DNA of 64,000 nt, taken from IMG/VR virus record IMGVR_UViG_3300042327_001260, positions 32,001 through 96,000 of that record; one strand, 5' to 3'. Under the pieces are notes generated by a model that saw only the letters and a list, made by a program, of their open reading frames with translations, was not told where the DNA came from and did not search any database. Below are positions 8,842 to 18,387 of the stretch, one piece after another. Every line of letters begins with the position of its first letter. Within the stretch, counting starts at the first letter, position 1. A program made the translations under genes and the position numbers. Source of the stretch: a virus. Lineage: Duplodnaviria; Caudoviricetes.

Positions 8842-9459
8842 ATGAAAAGAATAATAAGACTTACAGAATCTGATTTAACTCGTATTGTTAAACGAACCAT
8901 TAGTGAGATGAGATTTTCTGATGACGAAGAATTTGATTCGGAAAATGAGTTGATACCTTATGATTTGTGTAGAAATATGGAATACCTTGTACATGCCGAT
9001 TTTCCAAGTGGAATGATAACCAAAGAAAAAATTATTCAAATACTGGATGATTACATGAATACCGCAAGTAGATACTTGAGAAAAAAATTAATATCATCAG
9101 ATGATTATGAAAAAATTTCTGATTGTTATGAAGAATCTATGTTAGAATTAGAAAATACAGAATATAACAAATTAAATGAAATGGAAATTTTTAAACGTGT
9201 TATTAAAGAACAAGAAGAACTATTTCACAAAAAGACAAATGAGAACGGTGTTTTTATTAGTGTTAAAGAAACCATGAATGGAATTTTTGAATTATATATT
9301 AGTGATGATGATAATGGATTTGGTGAGGTATATTCATTTGAGGGTGACAGGGGGTTAGCCAATGGAGTTTTTGTACAATCAAAATTACATGTACAAGATG
9401 GGAAAAGTGGTGAAGAAGTTTTTAATTATATTGTTGAAAAATTGCAACAAATGAATTAG
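8842..9459 (+). CDS. Leader-bearing protein with a second internal leader-like segment
   Basis: MKRIIRLTESDLTRIVKRTISE; internal KLNEMEIFKRVIKEQE; TATTTAT at 8821. Confidence 0.8.
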   Translation: MKRIIRLTESDLTRIVKRTISEMRFSDDEEFDSENELIPYDLCRNMEYLVHADFPSGMITKEKIIQILDDYMNTASRYLRKKLISSDDYEKISDCYEESMLELENTEYNKLNEMEIFKRVIKEQEELFHKKTNENGVFISVKETMNGIFELYISDDDNGFGEVYSFEGDRGLANGVFVQSKLHVQDGKSGEEVFNYIVEKLQQMN

Positions 9460-9483
9460 TAAAAATAATTAAAACTATAAGTT

Positions 9484-9513
9484 ACCCCATTCCTAATAAG
9501 ATTGGGGGTTTTT
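9484..9513 (+). terminator. Intrinsic terminator
   Basis: ACCCC...GGGGGT stem followed by a T-run. Confidence 0.6.
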
Positions 9514-9533
9514 ATTATGTTATATTTATCTAT

Positions 9534-10223
9534 ATGAATGACAATGAAATAAATAAAATCATAAAAATTTGTTATAATCAATTTTTGGAGAAGTCCTATG
9601 ATTTTAATGGGTTAACTTTAAAACCTGTTTTATATGATGGTAGAAATGGTTATGAAATATTTTGGGAATTAGAAAATAAAAAAAACATATCCTGTAACGA
9701 AACTATTGTTGTTGATTACATTCACGACATTATCAATGAATTCTCAACACTTGTTAGTAACAGTGAATACAATTTATATAGGCACAATTGGAAAAGACTT
9801 TGTAAATTGCAAACAGATATATTCCCAAAATGGGGGATGTACATTAATGGTAATGATAGAAAAAAATTAGATGATATATTATTTAATATTTCTGAAATAA
9901 ACTATAAACAATTTCACTGCGATATTGATTTCGTGGATTTTACTATAGACACCTCAGGTGGCGAAGATATATACATTGGGTATGATTGTATAATGTCTAA
10001 CGTGGTTTATAAAGGTGAAGAATTGGAGGACTTTAGTGACAAATATGTTGCAGCTATTTGTGAACTTTTTTATAACGATAGTTTTCAGGATTATCAGTTT
10101 GATTTAATGGTACCCTTTACAAGAGAGCTTGTAAATAACCCTCTTTTATTTGATAATACATACATGTATTTTACAAATGATTTTCTCGCAAAGGATGACA
10201 ATGGAAAATCGATTCTTTGTTAA
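9534..10223 (+). CDS. Hypothetical protein (paralog of 26803..27450)
   Basis: Shared NGLxLKP..I.FxxxN.N.S...V..Y..DI...FS..V pattern. Confidence 0.75.
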   Translation: MNDNEINKIIKICYNQFLEKSYDFNGLTLKPVLYDGRNGYEIFWELENKKNISCNETIVVDYIHDIINEFSTLVSNSEYNLYRHNWKRLCKLQTDIFPKWGMYINGNDRKKLDDILFNISEINYKQFHCDIDFVDFTIDTSGGEDIYIGYDCIMSNVVYKGEELEDFSDKYVAAICELFYNDSFQDYQFDLMVPFTRELVNNPLLFDNTYMYFTNDFLAKDDNGKSILC

Positions 10224-10298
10224 ATCATTATTTCTAATTTTTTTTACACTTAATCTTCTCCAGCCACCCTCTTTTTTATTTGTGGGTATTTATTGTAT

Positions 10299-10772
10299 AT
10301 GAAAAAAATTATAAGATTAACAGAATCAGAATTAATCCGTGTTGTTAAACGTATCATTGCTGAAGATACGGAAATAAAGGGGATACAAAAAATAACTGAC
10401 ATTAAAAATCAAATTGAAAAGGTATTGGATTACTATACAATTATAGATGGTAAAGTTATCGATAAGGAATTAAATAAGGAGATTAGCCCTGAAACCGTTA
10501 AAAAGTTGGGTCCTTACTATAAAACAAAAATCGAAAGTATTTTGGTTGGATCCGACGAGGAGAATAATCAAGTTGATTCTATTAATTCAGTTAAGGATGA
10601 AATTGTAAATGGTCCTTTTAAAGATTTTTTTGGTGAGTATGATCAAATTGGTATTAATAAAAATCAAATCCAAGATTACTACACTGATATAAGATGTGAA
10701 TATTTTAGAAAAGGTATGGATAGAACCGGTAAACCTTTAAACATAAAAAACAGACCTTGGTGTACCAAGTAA
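10299..10772 (+). CDS. Leader-bearing hypothetical protein
   Basis: MKKIIRLTESELIRVVKRIIAE; TATTTAT at 10287. Confidence 0.8.
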   Translation: MKKIIRLTESELIRVVKRIIAEDTEIKGIQKITDIKNQIEKVLDYYTIIDGKVIDKELNKEISPETVKKLGPYYKTKIESILVGSDEENNQVDSINSVKDEIVNGPFKDFFGEYDQIGINKNQIQDYYTDIRCEYFRKGMDRTGKPLNIKNRPWCTK

Positions 10773-10775
10773 AAA

Positions 10776-11174
10776 ATGAAACATATAATTAAAAAAATAT
10801 TAAAAGAAGAAAATATTAAATCTGATTTAAAACGTATGGTTAATTTGGATGGTTGGGAAAGTACGTACCCTTTGGTTGGTGATCCTGAAACCTTGGCACA
10901 ATTGGCATTTGATAATGATCCCATACAATTTATGGATTTATTGGTGACAAAAAGGGTTAATGGAAAATATGGTGACTATTTTGGTAATCATGAGAATAAA
11001 TTGTTTTTGCAATTTACACGAGATATTGAAATAGTTGAGGTTAATAGTGAACTTTCAGATTTTTTACGTTTTGGATTTAAACTTGATAAGGACGGAGCAA
11101 GAAATGTAATTAAAGATTGGTTGTTTGATCGTCACGGGATTGAAATAAACTCTATTGGTAAAATTTATATATAA
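10776..11174 (+). CDS. Leader-bearing hypothetical protein
   Basis: MKHIIKKILKEE followed by DGWESTYPLVG. Confidence 0.8.
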   Translation: MKHIIKKILKEENIKSDLKRMVNLDGWESTYPLVGDPETLAQLAFDNDPIQFMDLLVTKRVNGKYGDYFGNHENKLFLQFTRDIEIVEVNSELSDFLRFGFKLDKDGARNVIKDWLFDRHGIEINSIGKIYI

Positions 11175-11191
11175 ACGTATATTTATAAACT

Positions 11192-11443
11192 ATGAGAACT
11201 AGAATAACAGAAAACGACGTTACAAGAATTGTAAAAAAAGTGTTAAATGAGAATACCCCGTCTTTAGAAGGTGTTAAAGATGAACTAAGAAGTGTGACAC
11301 GAAGATTAACAGCATCTATGGATGACTATGGTGCATTACAAAGAAAAGGAGATTATAAAAAAATGGGTGACGAGGTGGATAACATTCGAAGACTTGTTCG
11401 TAAACTAAAAGACGTTATTCAACAAATTGATTCTAAAATTTAA
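11192..11443 (+). CDS. Leader-bearing small coiled-coil protein
   Basis: MRTRITENDVTRIVKKVLNE; TATTTAT at 11180. Confidence 0.75.
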   Translation: MRTRITENDVTRIVKKVLNENTPSLEGVKDELRSVTRRLTASMDDYGALQRKGDYKKMGDEVDNIRRLVRKLKDVIQQIDSKI

Positions 11444-11452
11444 ATTATACAT

Positions 11453-11480
11453 CCCCCACCCTATCAAGTGGGGTTTTTTA
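11453..11480 (+). terminator. Intrinsic terminator
   Basis: CCCCAC/GTGGGG stem followed by T6. Confidence 0.7.
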
Positions 11481-11508
11481 TTTTGATATATTTATTAAAG
11501 TAGACTAT

Positions 11509-11955
11509 ATGAAAAATTTAATTAAAAAAATATTAAAGGAAGAAACTTTAGATAACACACTTCTTGATAGAATTGAACAAGATGGGTGGAATGAAACCGC
11601 CGAACTTGTTGGTGGGGTTGGAAACTTGCTTGATATCATCGGAAATAATAAAGAAAATATAGTTTCATATCTTATTAGTCATTATGATGATTTACATTTA
11701 GAAAGAAGGGGTGGTGATATTCTTTTAATGGATCGTGGTTTAACACTTATTAGAAAATCAGGGTTTGTCGGTGCAGTTGTGTTTGATGATTATCTTAAAC
11801 ATAGATTTGGTGAAGATGCGTATGCATTATATAACGTCTATAATATTGATTTAATAAAAGGACTTATTAATCTATTTCCTGATTTATATTCAGAAAAAAT
11901 TTCAATGTATAAAGATTCAGGAATGTATCGCAAATACGGTGAAATTTATTTATAG
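11509..11955 (+). CDS. Leader-bearing hypothetical protein
   Basis: MKNLIKKILKEE followed by DGWNETAELVGG; TATTTAT at 11489. Confidence 0.8.
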   Translation: MKNLIKKILKEETLDNTLLDRIEQDGWNETAELVGGVGNLLDIIGNNKENIVSYLISHYDDLHLERRGGDILLMDRGLTLIRKSGFVGAVVFDDYLKHRFGEDAYALYNVYNIDLIKGLINLFPDLYSEKISMYKDSGMYRKYGEIYL

Positions 11956-11973
11956 GGGTAATATTTATCTTAT

Positions 11974-12399
11974 ATGAAAATCATTATCACAAAAAAACAA
12001 TATAAACTTCTTGTTTATACTTTACTTGATACCATCACAGGTGGTAAACTTTCATTTGGTGAGTCTGATCGTAATAATAAGCAATGGGTTGACATTAATG
12101 ATTCTAATGGGAGTGATATAATGACAATTTTTTATGGAAAAAAATCAGGTAAAAGTCCTGGTTGTAAAAATGATTTGTCATTGAGCAGTGATTTTGTTGA
12201 AGATTTAATAAAATATATTCCCCACTTTAGACGTAAAATATTTTCTGAAGTTATGGTTGATTATGTATATGATTATTTGGGTGTAAAATGTGATTGTATT
12301 GACTACAACTACGATGATTCTAAGGATTCTGAGGTTTCTTTTGGGTATACACGTTTTGCATATAATATTAAAAAGAAAAAAAGATTTAAATTTAATTAA
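11974..12399 (+). CDS. Hypothetical protein with MKIIITxxQY leader variant
   Basis: TATTTAT at 11962. Confidence 0.75.
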   Translation: MKIIITKKQYKLLVYTLLDTITGGKLSFGESDRNNKQWVDINDSNGSDIMTIFYGKKSGKSPGCKNDLSLSSDFVEDLIKYIPHFRRKIFSEVMVDYVYDYLGVKCDCIDYNYDDSKDSEVSFGYTRFAYNIKKKKRFKFN

Positions 12400-12400
12400 T

Positions 12401-12862
12401 ATGGATTTTAATATTAATACTCTTGAAAAATTATTTAACACTCTTACTCGTGAAAGTGTTAAGAACAAATATGGTATTGATTTAACATTTAAAATTATTG
12501 GTTTAGATGAAGATATACTTATAGTCAAAACCGTTGAAGATATTCCTTTGACTTTAAGAAACTATGATTTTAACGGTTGGGGGTACGGTAGATACGATTA
12601 TCCCGGATCAATTAGACGGATGTTACAAAATGATTCAGAGTATCTTTCAAGTCCATATTTTATTGAATTTGGGTATAATAATTATGATGATTATAATGAT
12701 TGTTATGATACCATCGATTTAGAAAGTGTTGGTACAGAAATTTGTGTGGATTCTGGAATCACACTTGATGATAATATGCATTTAAGTGAAATTGAAGTTG
12801 ATGAATGGTGGGATTCTTTATCTGACCATGATAAATCAAAATTGGAAAAATATTTTGGATAA
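12401..12862 (+). CDS. Hypothetical protein
   Basis: Start reassigned to ATG 12401 (MDFNINTLEK), directly after the previous stop. Confidence 0.7.
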   Translation: MDFNINTLEKLFNTLTRESVKNKYGIDLTFKIIGLDEDILIVKTVEDIPLTLRNYDFNGWGYGRYDYPGSIRRMLQNDSEYLSSPYFIEFGYNNYDDYNDCYDTIDLESVGTEICVDSGITLDDNMHLSEIEVDEWWDSLSDHDKSKLEKYFG

Positions 12863-13523
12863 AAAAGATAAATTAAATAAAATCATCTATGACTTTTTAA
12901 AAGATGAATATTATCCTGATTATGATTGGGGTCCTCATTTATTTGATTTTTATCGTGAAGATGTTGAGAAATATGGTGATATTACTTTTTATGTTAACGA
13001 TAGTGAAGCCTATGTCTACTACGATGATGGGACATTAGAAATTATGCCGTGGGTTTGTGAAAGACTTAATAGTTGGTTTAATAATGCTTGGTATTCAGTG
13101 TTTAAAGATTGGTTTGAAGAAAACTCCGGACTTGTAGTTAGTAGAATCGTTGACTCAACAGACAATAATGTGTTATTAGGTGAATCAACTGATAAAAATA
13201 AAAAATTAATTAATGATGTTATTGGGTTTGATTTTTCAAATAAAATTACACAAGTAACCTCATCTTATGATATCCCAATGGAATTCGATGAGTGTTTTAA
13301 TTACCAATCAGTTAGACTTTGGTTAAACGCTTGGGGACCTATGTATCTTTTTTCATTGAAGGGATCGAAAATTTTATATCAAGATAGATGGGACTATGAA
13401 TGGTTTTTTTATGATGATTGTATGGAATATGTTGATAATGAAATCCCTGAAAAACTTGGTATTGCAATTCTTGGTTTAAGGTTTTCTGACATAATTGATA
13501 TGTATTTTCAAGAAGAGGAATAA
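12786..13523 (+). CDS. Hypothetical protein (true start probably near 12855)
   Basis: 245-aa ORF, aromatic and acidic; appears to be two domains joined at LLGES. Confidence 0.7.
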   Translation: MKLKLMNGGILYLTMINQNWKNILDKKDKLNKIIYDFLKDEYYPDYDWGPHLFDFYREDVEKYGDITFYVNDSEAYVYYDDGTLEIMPWVCERLNSWFNNAWYSVFKDWFEENSGLVVSRIVDSTDNNVLLGESTDKNKKLINDVIGFDFSNKITQVTSSYDIPMEFDECFNYQSVRLWLNAWGPMYLFSLKGSKILYQDRWDYEWFFYDDCMEYVDNEIPEKLGIAILGLRFSDIIDMYFQEEE

Positions 13524-13562
13524 CTTTTTATATGGGTATAGTATTTATAAATAAAACAGTTT

Positions 13563-14075
13563 ATGAAAAATTTTATTATTACTGAAAGTGAAAAAAAAGA
13601 CATACTTAGAATGTATAATGTTATAGGTCTAAGAGAACAAACAGAATCAGGACAAACAACCCCTGTTACCATTTCCGACGTTCAACAACAAGCAACTGAA
13701 TTAGATTCAAATTTACCTGTTCAAAAATATGCCGATCCCACTTGTCCATGCGCACCTAAACTAACTGGTGATTCAGAAAAAGATGGAATAATTAAACAAG
13801 CGTACAGATGGGCTAAAGGACAAACAGTAAAGACTTTGTTTAATGAGTTAAAAAATCTAAGACAAAAAAGAAAAGAAGCAAAAAGATTAAAAAAAGAAGG
13901 TAAACTTAATGAACAAGCGGTGGTTGTATTTACAATTTTAGGTACCGCAGTTACCGCTTCAACATTAATCGTTATTGGTGCAATTTTACTGTTTATTATA
14001 ATTGTTGTTATTTTACTTAAAAACAAAGGTAAAGGTGGTGGATCATGTAACCCTGGTTGGTGGGACGATTTATAA
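13563..14075 (+). CDS. Leader-bearing membrane protein
   Basis: MKNFIITESEKKDILRMY; long hydrophobic C-terminal segment after LNEQ. Confidence 0.8.
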   Translation: MKNFIITESEKKDILRMYNVIGLREQTESGQTTPVTISDVQQQATELDSNLPVQKYADPTCPCAPKLTGDSEKDGIIKQAYRWAKGQTVKTLFNELKNLRQKRKEAKRLKKEGKLNEQAVVVFTILGTAVTASTLIVIGAILLFIIIVVILLKNKGKGGGSCNPGWWDDL

Positions 14076-14093
14076 AAACTAAATGATTTAAAA

Positions 14094-14354
14094 ATGAATA
14101 GAAATTTATTAAATGAAATAAACCAAATGAAATTTATGTTTGGTTACAAACCAGGTAAAGTTTTATCTGAACAAGACGAACCAAAATTCGATATAGGAAC
14201 TGCGTTGTCAATATATCAAGTTAAACCTGGTGATAATTTAACAAAAATATCAAAAGAAATGGGCGTATCTGTTGATGAGATTTTAAAACAAAATCCACAT
14301 ATTAAAGATAAAAATAAAATATTTCCTGGTGACAAAATACAGATAGAGAAATGA
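14094..14354 (+). CDS. Leader-bearing LysM-domain protein
   Basis: YQVKPGDNLTKIS..GVSVDEILKQNP..IFPGDKIQI. Confidence 0.9.
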   Translation: MNRNLLNEINQMKFMFGYKPGKVLSEQDEPKFDIGTALSIYQVKPGDNLTKISKEMGVSVDEILKQNPHIKDKNKIFPGDKIQIEK

Positions 14355-14355
14355 T

Positions 14356-15024
14356 ATGAATCTTAACGAAGAAATATCAAGAATTAAACAAGTTATGGGT
14401 ATTATCTTTGAAGGTAATATTACTTTACCACTTACGGTTAGTGGTAGTTTTAAGGGTGATAACGGTGATAAGTCCCATGCTTTTCAATCCACAGGAGGGG
14501 TTACAGTTGGTGGGATGCAAACTAAGGTTAATGCAAAACTTAAAGAAGTTTATGATGCGGGGTATAATCCTGATATAACAAAAATTAAAATCACAATTGA
14601 TAAGGAAACAAAAACCACAAGTTGGGATGTTACCATTGATGAGAGTACTGATGGTAAAGCTTATGTAGGTTTAGTGACTGTTGGTTCTTGTTGTAATAGT
14701 AGTTTTAAAACAAGAGCAGATGGGCAAGTTAAAACTATGAAGACTTGGAACTCCACACCTGAAAATCATAAATTAGCTGCTGAGATAGTAACAACAGACG
14801 ACGGAAGTTCAAATGGGGATATTACAATAAATGGAGGTAATTACAAATTAAAACAATTATTTTATGTATACAGTAAAGACAGTAAAAAACCTCATCCTAA
14901 AAAAACAGTTGAAAAACCAAAGGAGTCAGTAGAAAAACCACTTAATCTAAAAATAGATAAAAAATATGCGGCACCTGCCGATGCAACCAGGGTTCAAATT
15001 AACTACCCTAAATTCAAATTTTAA
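14356..15024 (+). CDS. Leader-bearing hypothetical protein
   Basis: MNLNEEISRIKQVMGIIFE. Confidence 0.8.
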   Translation: MNLNEEISRIKQVMGIIFEGNITLPLTVSGSFKGDNGDKSHAFQSTGGVTVGGMQTKVNAKLKEVYDAGYNPDITKIKITIDKETKTTSWDVTIDESTDGKAYVGLVTVGSCCNSSFKTRADGQVKTMKTWNSTPENHKLAAEIVTTDDGSSNGDITINGGNYKLKQLFYVYSKDSKKPHPKKTVEKPKESVEKPLNLKIDKKYAAPADATRVQINYPKFKF

Positions 15025-15063
15025 TTATTTGATTTAATATTTTGTTTTTTCTATTTTTATTTC

Positions 15064-15600
15064 ATGTGTAATAACTCCTACCCAAATTTTTACGACCCAC
15101 GTTATAATTGTGAAGTAAAATATCCATATTCAAACTTAAAAAGACATCACGGAAATTATCTTAAACTTGTTGACGTATTTTTTAAATCAATGTATAAGTT
15201 TAATCATTATATTGCACTTGAAGAAAATTGTATTGTTATAGAAATACATGACGTTATTCCCTATAAGATGTATAACCCCGAAAATTTTGACCCATCATAT
15301 AAAGTTAAAACTATTAATGACGAGGTTGACTTTATGTGTGCGTATGATATTTTTCAAACGTTTTATGGTTATTTACCTGATATTGTGCCGTACATGGAGG
15401 TTGAACTTTATGAGTCGTACGGGTATGATAGAAACAACGATCTTTACTTTATGTATGACAAGCCAATCAACAGCAAAGGTTATTTTGAAAGATTTAATTT
15501 TAGAGATTTGTATTATCAATATGAATCCCGTAGACAACAATATATTGCGGTACCTAGAATAAATCCTTGGATGACAGGTGACGAAGAATTTGTTTGGTGA
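15064..15600 (+). CDS. Hypothetical protein
   Basis: 178-aa Tyr-rich ORF. Confidence 0.7.
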   Translation: MCNNSYPNFYDPRYNCEVKYPYSNLKRHHGNYLKLVDVFFKSMYKFNHYIALEENCIVIEIHDVIPYKMYNPENFDPSYKVKTINDEVDFMCAYDIFQTFYGYLPDIVPYMEVELYESYGYDRNNDLYFMYDKPINSKGYFERFNFRDLYYQYESRRQQYIAVPRINPWMTGDEEFVW

Positions 15601-15668
15601 TACACTATTACCGACACTATATTTCATTTTAGATTATATTTATTATATAAAATCTTAATCAATAAATT

Positions 15669-16112
15669 ATGAGTGATAACATAAGAAAAATAGTAAGAAG
15701 GGTATTAAACGAAACAAACTTTTCAAATTTAGATCAACTAATTGAGTTTGCTGAATATGCCAAGTTATTTTCAAAAACTAATATGAAAAAAATTAATAAA
15801 TTTCTTTTATTAATTAGAGAACTCGGTGTTGTTAATATGTTTCAGGCTGGTGATTTTCTTTTAATGTCATCTGATTATTTTAATGATTTTATGAGATTAA
15901 AATCATATGAAAGAGAATATGATGAAGATGTTCTTGATGAAATAAAAGAACTGTTACCTGAAATAAATAGCATTATGATTGGTGCAGGAATTACCCTATT
16001 AGAAAATAAAAATCAAGAAGTAACCCCAAGAAGTGTTGAATTTGCAATAAGAAGAATTGCAAGTACAACGGTTAAATATTATATGACTGGGGTATTACCT
16101 AAGGAATCATAG
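15669..16112 (+). CDS. Leader-bearing hypothetical protein
   Basis: MSDNIRKIVRRVLNE; LIRELGVVNMFQAG motif; TATTTAT at 15637. Confidence 0.75.
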   Translation: MSDNIRKIVRRVLNETNFSNLDQLIEFAEYAKLFSKTNMKKINKFLLLIRELGVVNMFQAGDFLLMSSDYFNDFMRLKSYEREYDEDVLDEIKELLPEINSIMIGAGITLLENKNQEVTPRSVEFAIRRIASTTVKYYMTGVLPKES

Positions 16113-16124
16113 TATTTATTTAAT

Positions 16125-16835
16125 ATGAAAAAAATTATTAGACTTACAGAATCAGATTTATATAGAATCGTTAAAAGAGTTTTAAAAGAAGAAGAAACTG
16201 ATGAATATATACCAACAGGTGAACCTATTTCCGATGGTACGGGGATTACTTTGGATCCTAATCAAACTTTTGGTATTGTGGAAGATAGTTTTTATTTACG
16301 TAATTTGGATCCGGTATTTAAAAATTATAGTAAAACAAAAAAAATACCTAATGGTGTTGATTATTTTTTACAAATGTACGATCAAATCGATGGTTTTTAT
16401 GCATATGTTAATCACGACGGGTATCTAACAATTAAAGATCAAAAATTAGTAGGTAATACATGGGAAGATTTATTTACTAAATTTAGTAAGGTTTCATTTA
16501 AAACCCCAAATGATTTACTATCAGATGAAGATGACATTTTTCAGTCTCTTTTAGATGGTACCGTTCCTTGTTTTGAAATAGATAATATTGAAAACAATAC
16601 TATTAATTATAATATTAAAACAGGAACAGTTAATTCATTTAAATTAAAATTAAAATCAAAGTGTGACGAAAAAATAAATGGTGTTGAATTAACATTAGAT
16701 AGTGACGACGGTGTTAGTGCGGGTGTTACCCCTTCTTCCGGTTCCGATTATGTTGCTAATGTTGTTTGGGATGGAAATGATTTAAGTTTTCCTAAATCTA
16801 AATCGGGTAGTTCTGAGTTAATAATAAAAGTATAG
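16125..16835 (+). CDS. Leader-bearing hypothetical protein
   Basis: MKKIIRLTESDLYRIVKRVLKEE; TATTTAT at 16113. Confidence 0.8.
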   Translation: MKKIIRLTESDLYRIVKRVLKEEETDEYIPTGEPISDGTGITLDPNQTFGIVEDSFYLRNLDPVFKNYSKTKKIPNGVDYFLQMYDQIDGFYAYVNHDGYLTIKDQKLVGNTWEDLFTKFSKVSFKTPNDLLSDEDDIFQSLLDGTVPCFEIDNIENNTINYNIKTGTVNSFKLKLKSKCDEKINGVELTLDSDDGVSAGVTPSSGSDYVANVVWDGNDLSFPKSKSGSSELIIKV

Positions 16836-16859
16836 TATATTTATTAAAAAAAAAAAGAT

Positions 16860-17819
16860 ATGAAAAATTTAAGCGAAGAAATGATAAGAATCCATCAATT
16901 GATGAGTTTTGAAAAAGGTAAAAATACCATTTCAGAATCAGCTCAAATATTATTGGAAGGGGTAAAAAAACAATACAAACTTTTAATCGAAGAAGGTGAT
17001 GAACTTTTTAGTAATGGTGATTATGATGAAGCCCTTGTTAAATATAAAGAAGCTAATAATTTATTTGTCGATAAACCTAATCACAAATTCTTTATAGAAT
17101 CCCAACAAAAAATAAAAAATACTGAAAATAAAATAGTAGAAAAACAAAAATTAGAAGAGGATAAAAAGATTAAAGAATTTTTAACTAAAATAGATAATAT
17201 ACTAAAAAAAGAAATTAATGCTAAATTACAAACATTATTATCTGATTTAAAATTAAAATTTGGTTTTTCTGGTGGCCAATATGTTATGTATGATGCGTCT
17301 AATAGTAACGTATTGTTATCGTTTGACAATAACGGTTGGGGAGGAAAATCAAAAACACTAAGGTACGGTAAAGGGTATTTTGAATTAAAACAAATAAGCG
17401 CGGTTGATTATGTTGAAACAGTAAATTCAAATCTTACTGACGATGAAAAAATAAATTTTGAAAAGGTTGGTTATATAACGTCTATACCTGATAAGTCTAT
17501 TAAAAATATGTTTGATTCAGGATCTATTGGTATATGGTTAAAAGGTTTAAATCCCGACGGGTCAATAAATCAAATGGGATGGGAAAGATGTAACGTATCG
17601 GGTTCAGGTGGACAAATGGAAAAAACATGTTTTAATGATGTTAAAACTGATAATATTTATAAAAATGGTACTGAAGAAATACCTTACGACAAAATTTTAT
17701 ACGTTGAGGGTTCAGGACTAACAGAAAACAAGAGAATAGGATACGGAGGAATAAAAATCTATAACTCAAATGTTGGGGTAGGTTTGGATACCCCAATAAA
17801 TGATATTTTATTCCCCTAA
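16860..17819 (+). CDS. Leader-bearing protein with TPR-like repeat
   Basis: MKNLSEEMIRIHQLMSFE; EEGDELFSNGDYDEALVKYKEA. Confidence 0.75.
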   Translation: MKNLSEEMIRIHQLMSFEKGKNTISESAQILLEGVKKQYKLLIEEGDELFSNGDYDEALVKYKEANNLFVDKPNHKFFIESQQKIKNTENKIVEKQKLEEDKKIKEFLTKIDNILKKEINAKLQTLLSDLKLKFGFSGGQYVMYDASNSNVLLSFDNNGWGGKSKTLRYGKGYFELKQISAVDYVETVNSNLTDDEKINFEKVGYITSIPDKSIKNMFDSGSIGIWLKGLNPDGSINQMGWERCNVSGSGGQMEKTCFNDVKTDNIYKNGTEEIPYDKILYVEGSGLTENKRIGYGGIKIYNSNVGVGLDTPINDILFP

Positions 17820-18274
17820 TTTAAAATTAATTTACCTTCTTTAGTAATTAAAAACACAACTTCATTAACTGAAGGTGCAAAATTTGTAAAAAAAGTAACA
17901 CCACAGTCTGTTGAAACTTTGTATTTATATTTATTTTTTAACACCTTTTTTACTTTGGTGCATTTAACAGGTTTAGTTTCAGAAAAAAGTTTATAGTATT
18001 CTGTATCATACAGTTCGTCAAACAAACTATTTTCATAATCTTTTTTAGTTATGTATTGGTTTTTTTGAGTGTCGTAATAGCAAAATACATCACCAACCAA
18101 ATATGAACTTTTACAAATAAAACCATTAGAATCACTTGTTTTAACATAAAAAGTTGTGTCATTATAATCGGTTTTTTGTTCAACAGATATCACAAATACA
18201 GTATCAATATTTTTTTGCGAGTATGAAAAAAAAGAAATAGTAAACAAAACGATAGACAACAATAGATTTTTCAT
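17816..18274 (-). CDS. Secreted protein (Sec signal peptide)
   Basis: MKNLLLSIVLFTISFFSYS|Q, a typical Bacteroidota signal with +1 Gln. Confidence 0.75.
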   Translation of the reverse strand: MKNLLLSIVLFTISFFSYSQKNIDTVFVISVEQKTDYNDTTFYVKTSDSNGFICKSSYLVGDVFCYYDTQKNQYITKKDYENSLFDELYDTEYYKLFSETKPVKCTKVKKVLKNKYKYKVSTDCGVTFFTNFAPSVNEVVFLITKEGKLILN

Positions 18275-18299
18275 TTTTTTTATTTTTAAAATTATATTA

Positions 18300-18330
18300 C
18301 AAATATAATACTTTTTTAAATAAAAACAAA
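18300..18330 (-). promoter_or_regulatory. Bacteroidota sigma-70-type promoter TTTG-N19-TATATTTG
   Basis: -7 element at 18300-18307 and -33 TTTG at 18327-18330 on the minus strand. Confidence 0.7.
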
Positions 18331-18387
18331 AAAGATAAATTTATTTTTTTACCAGAAACATTATATTTATAATAAAAAGTAACCACT

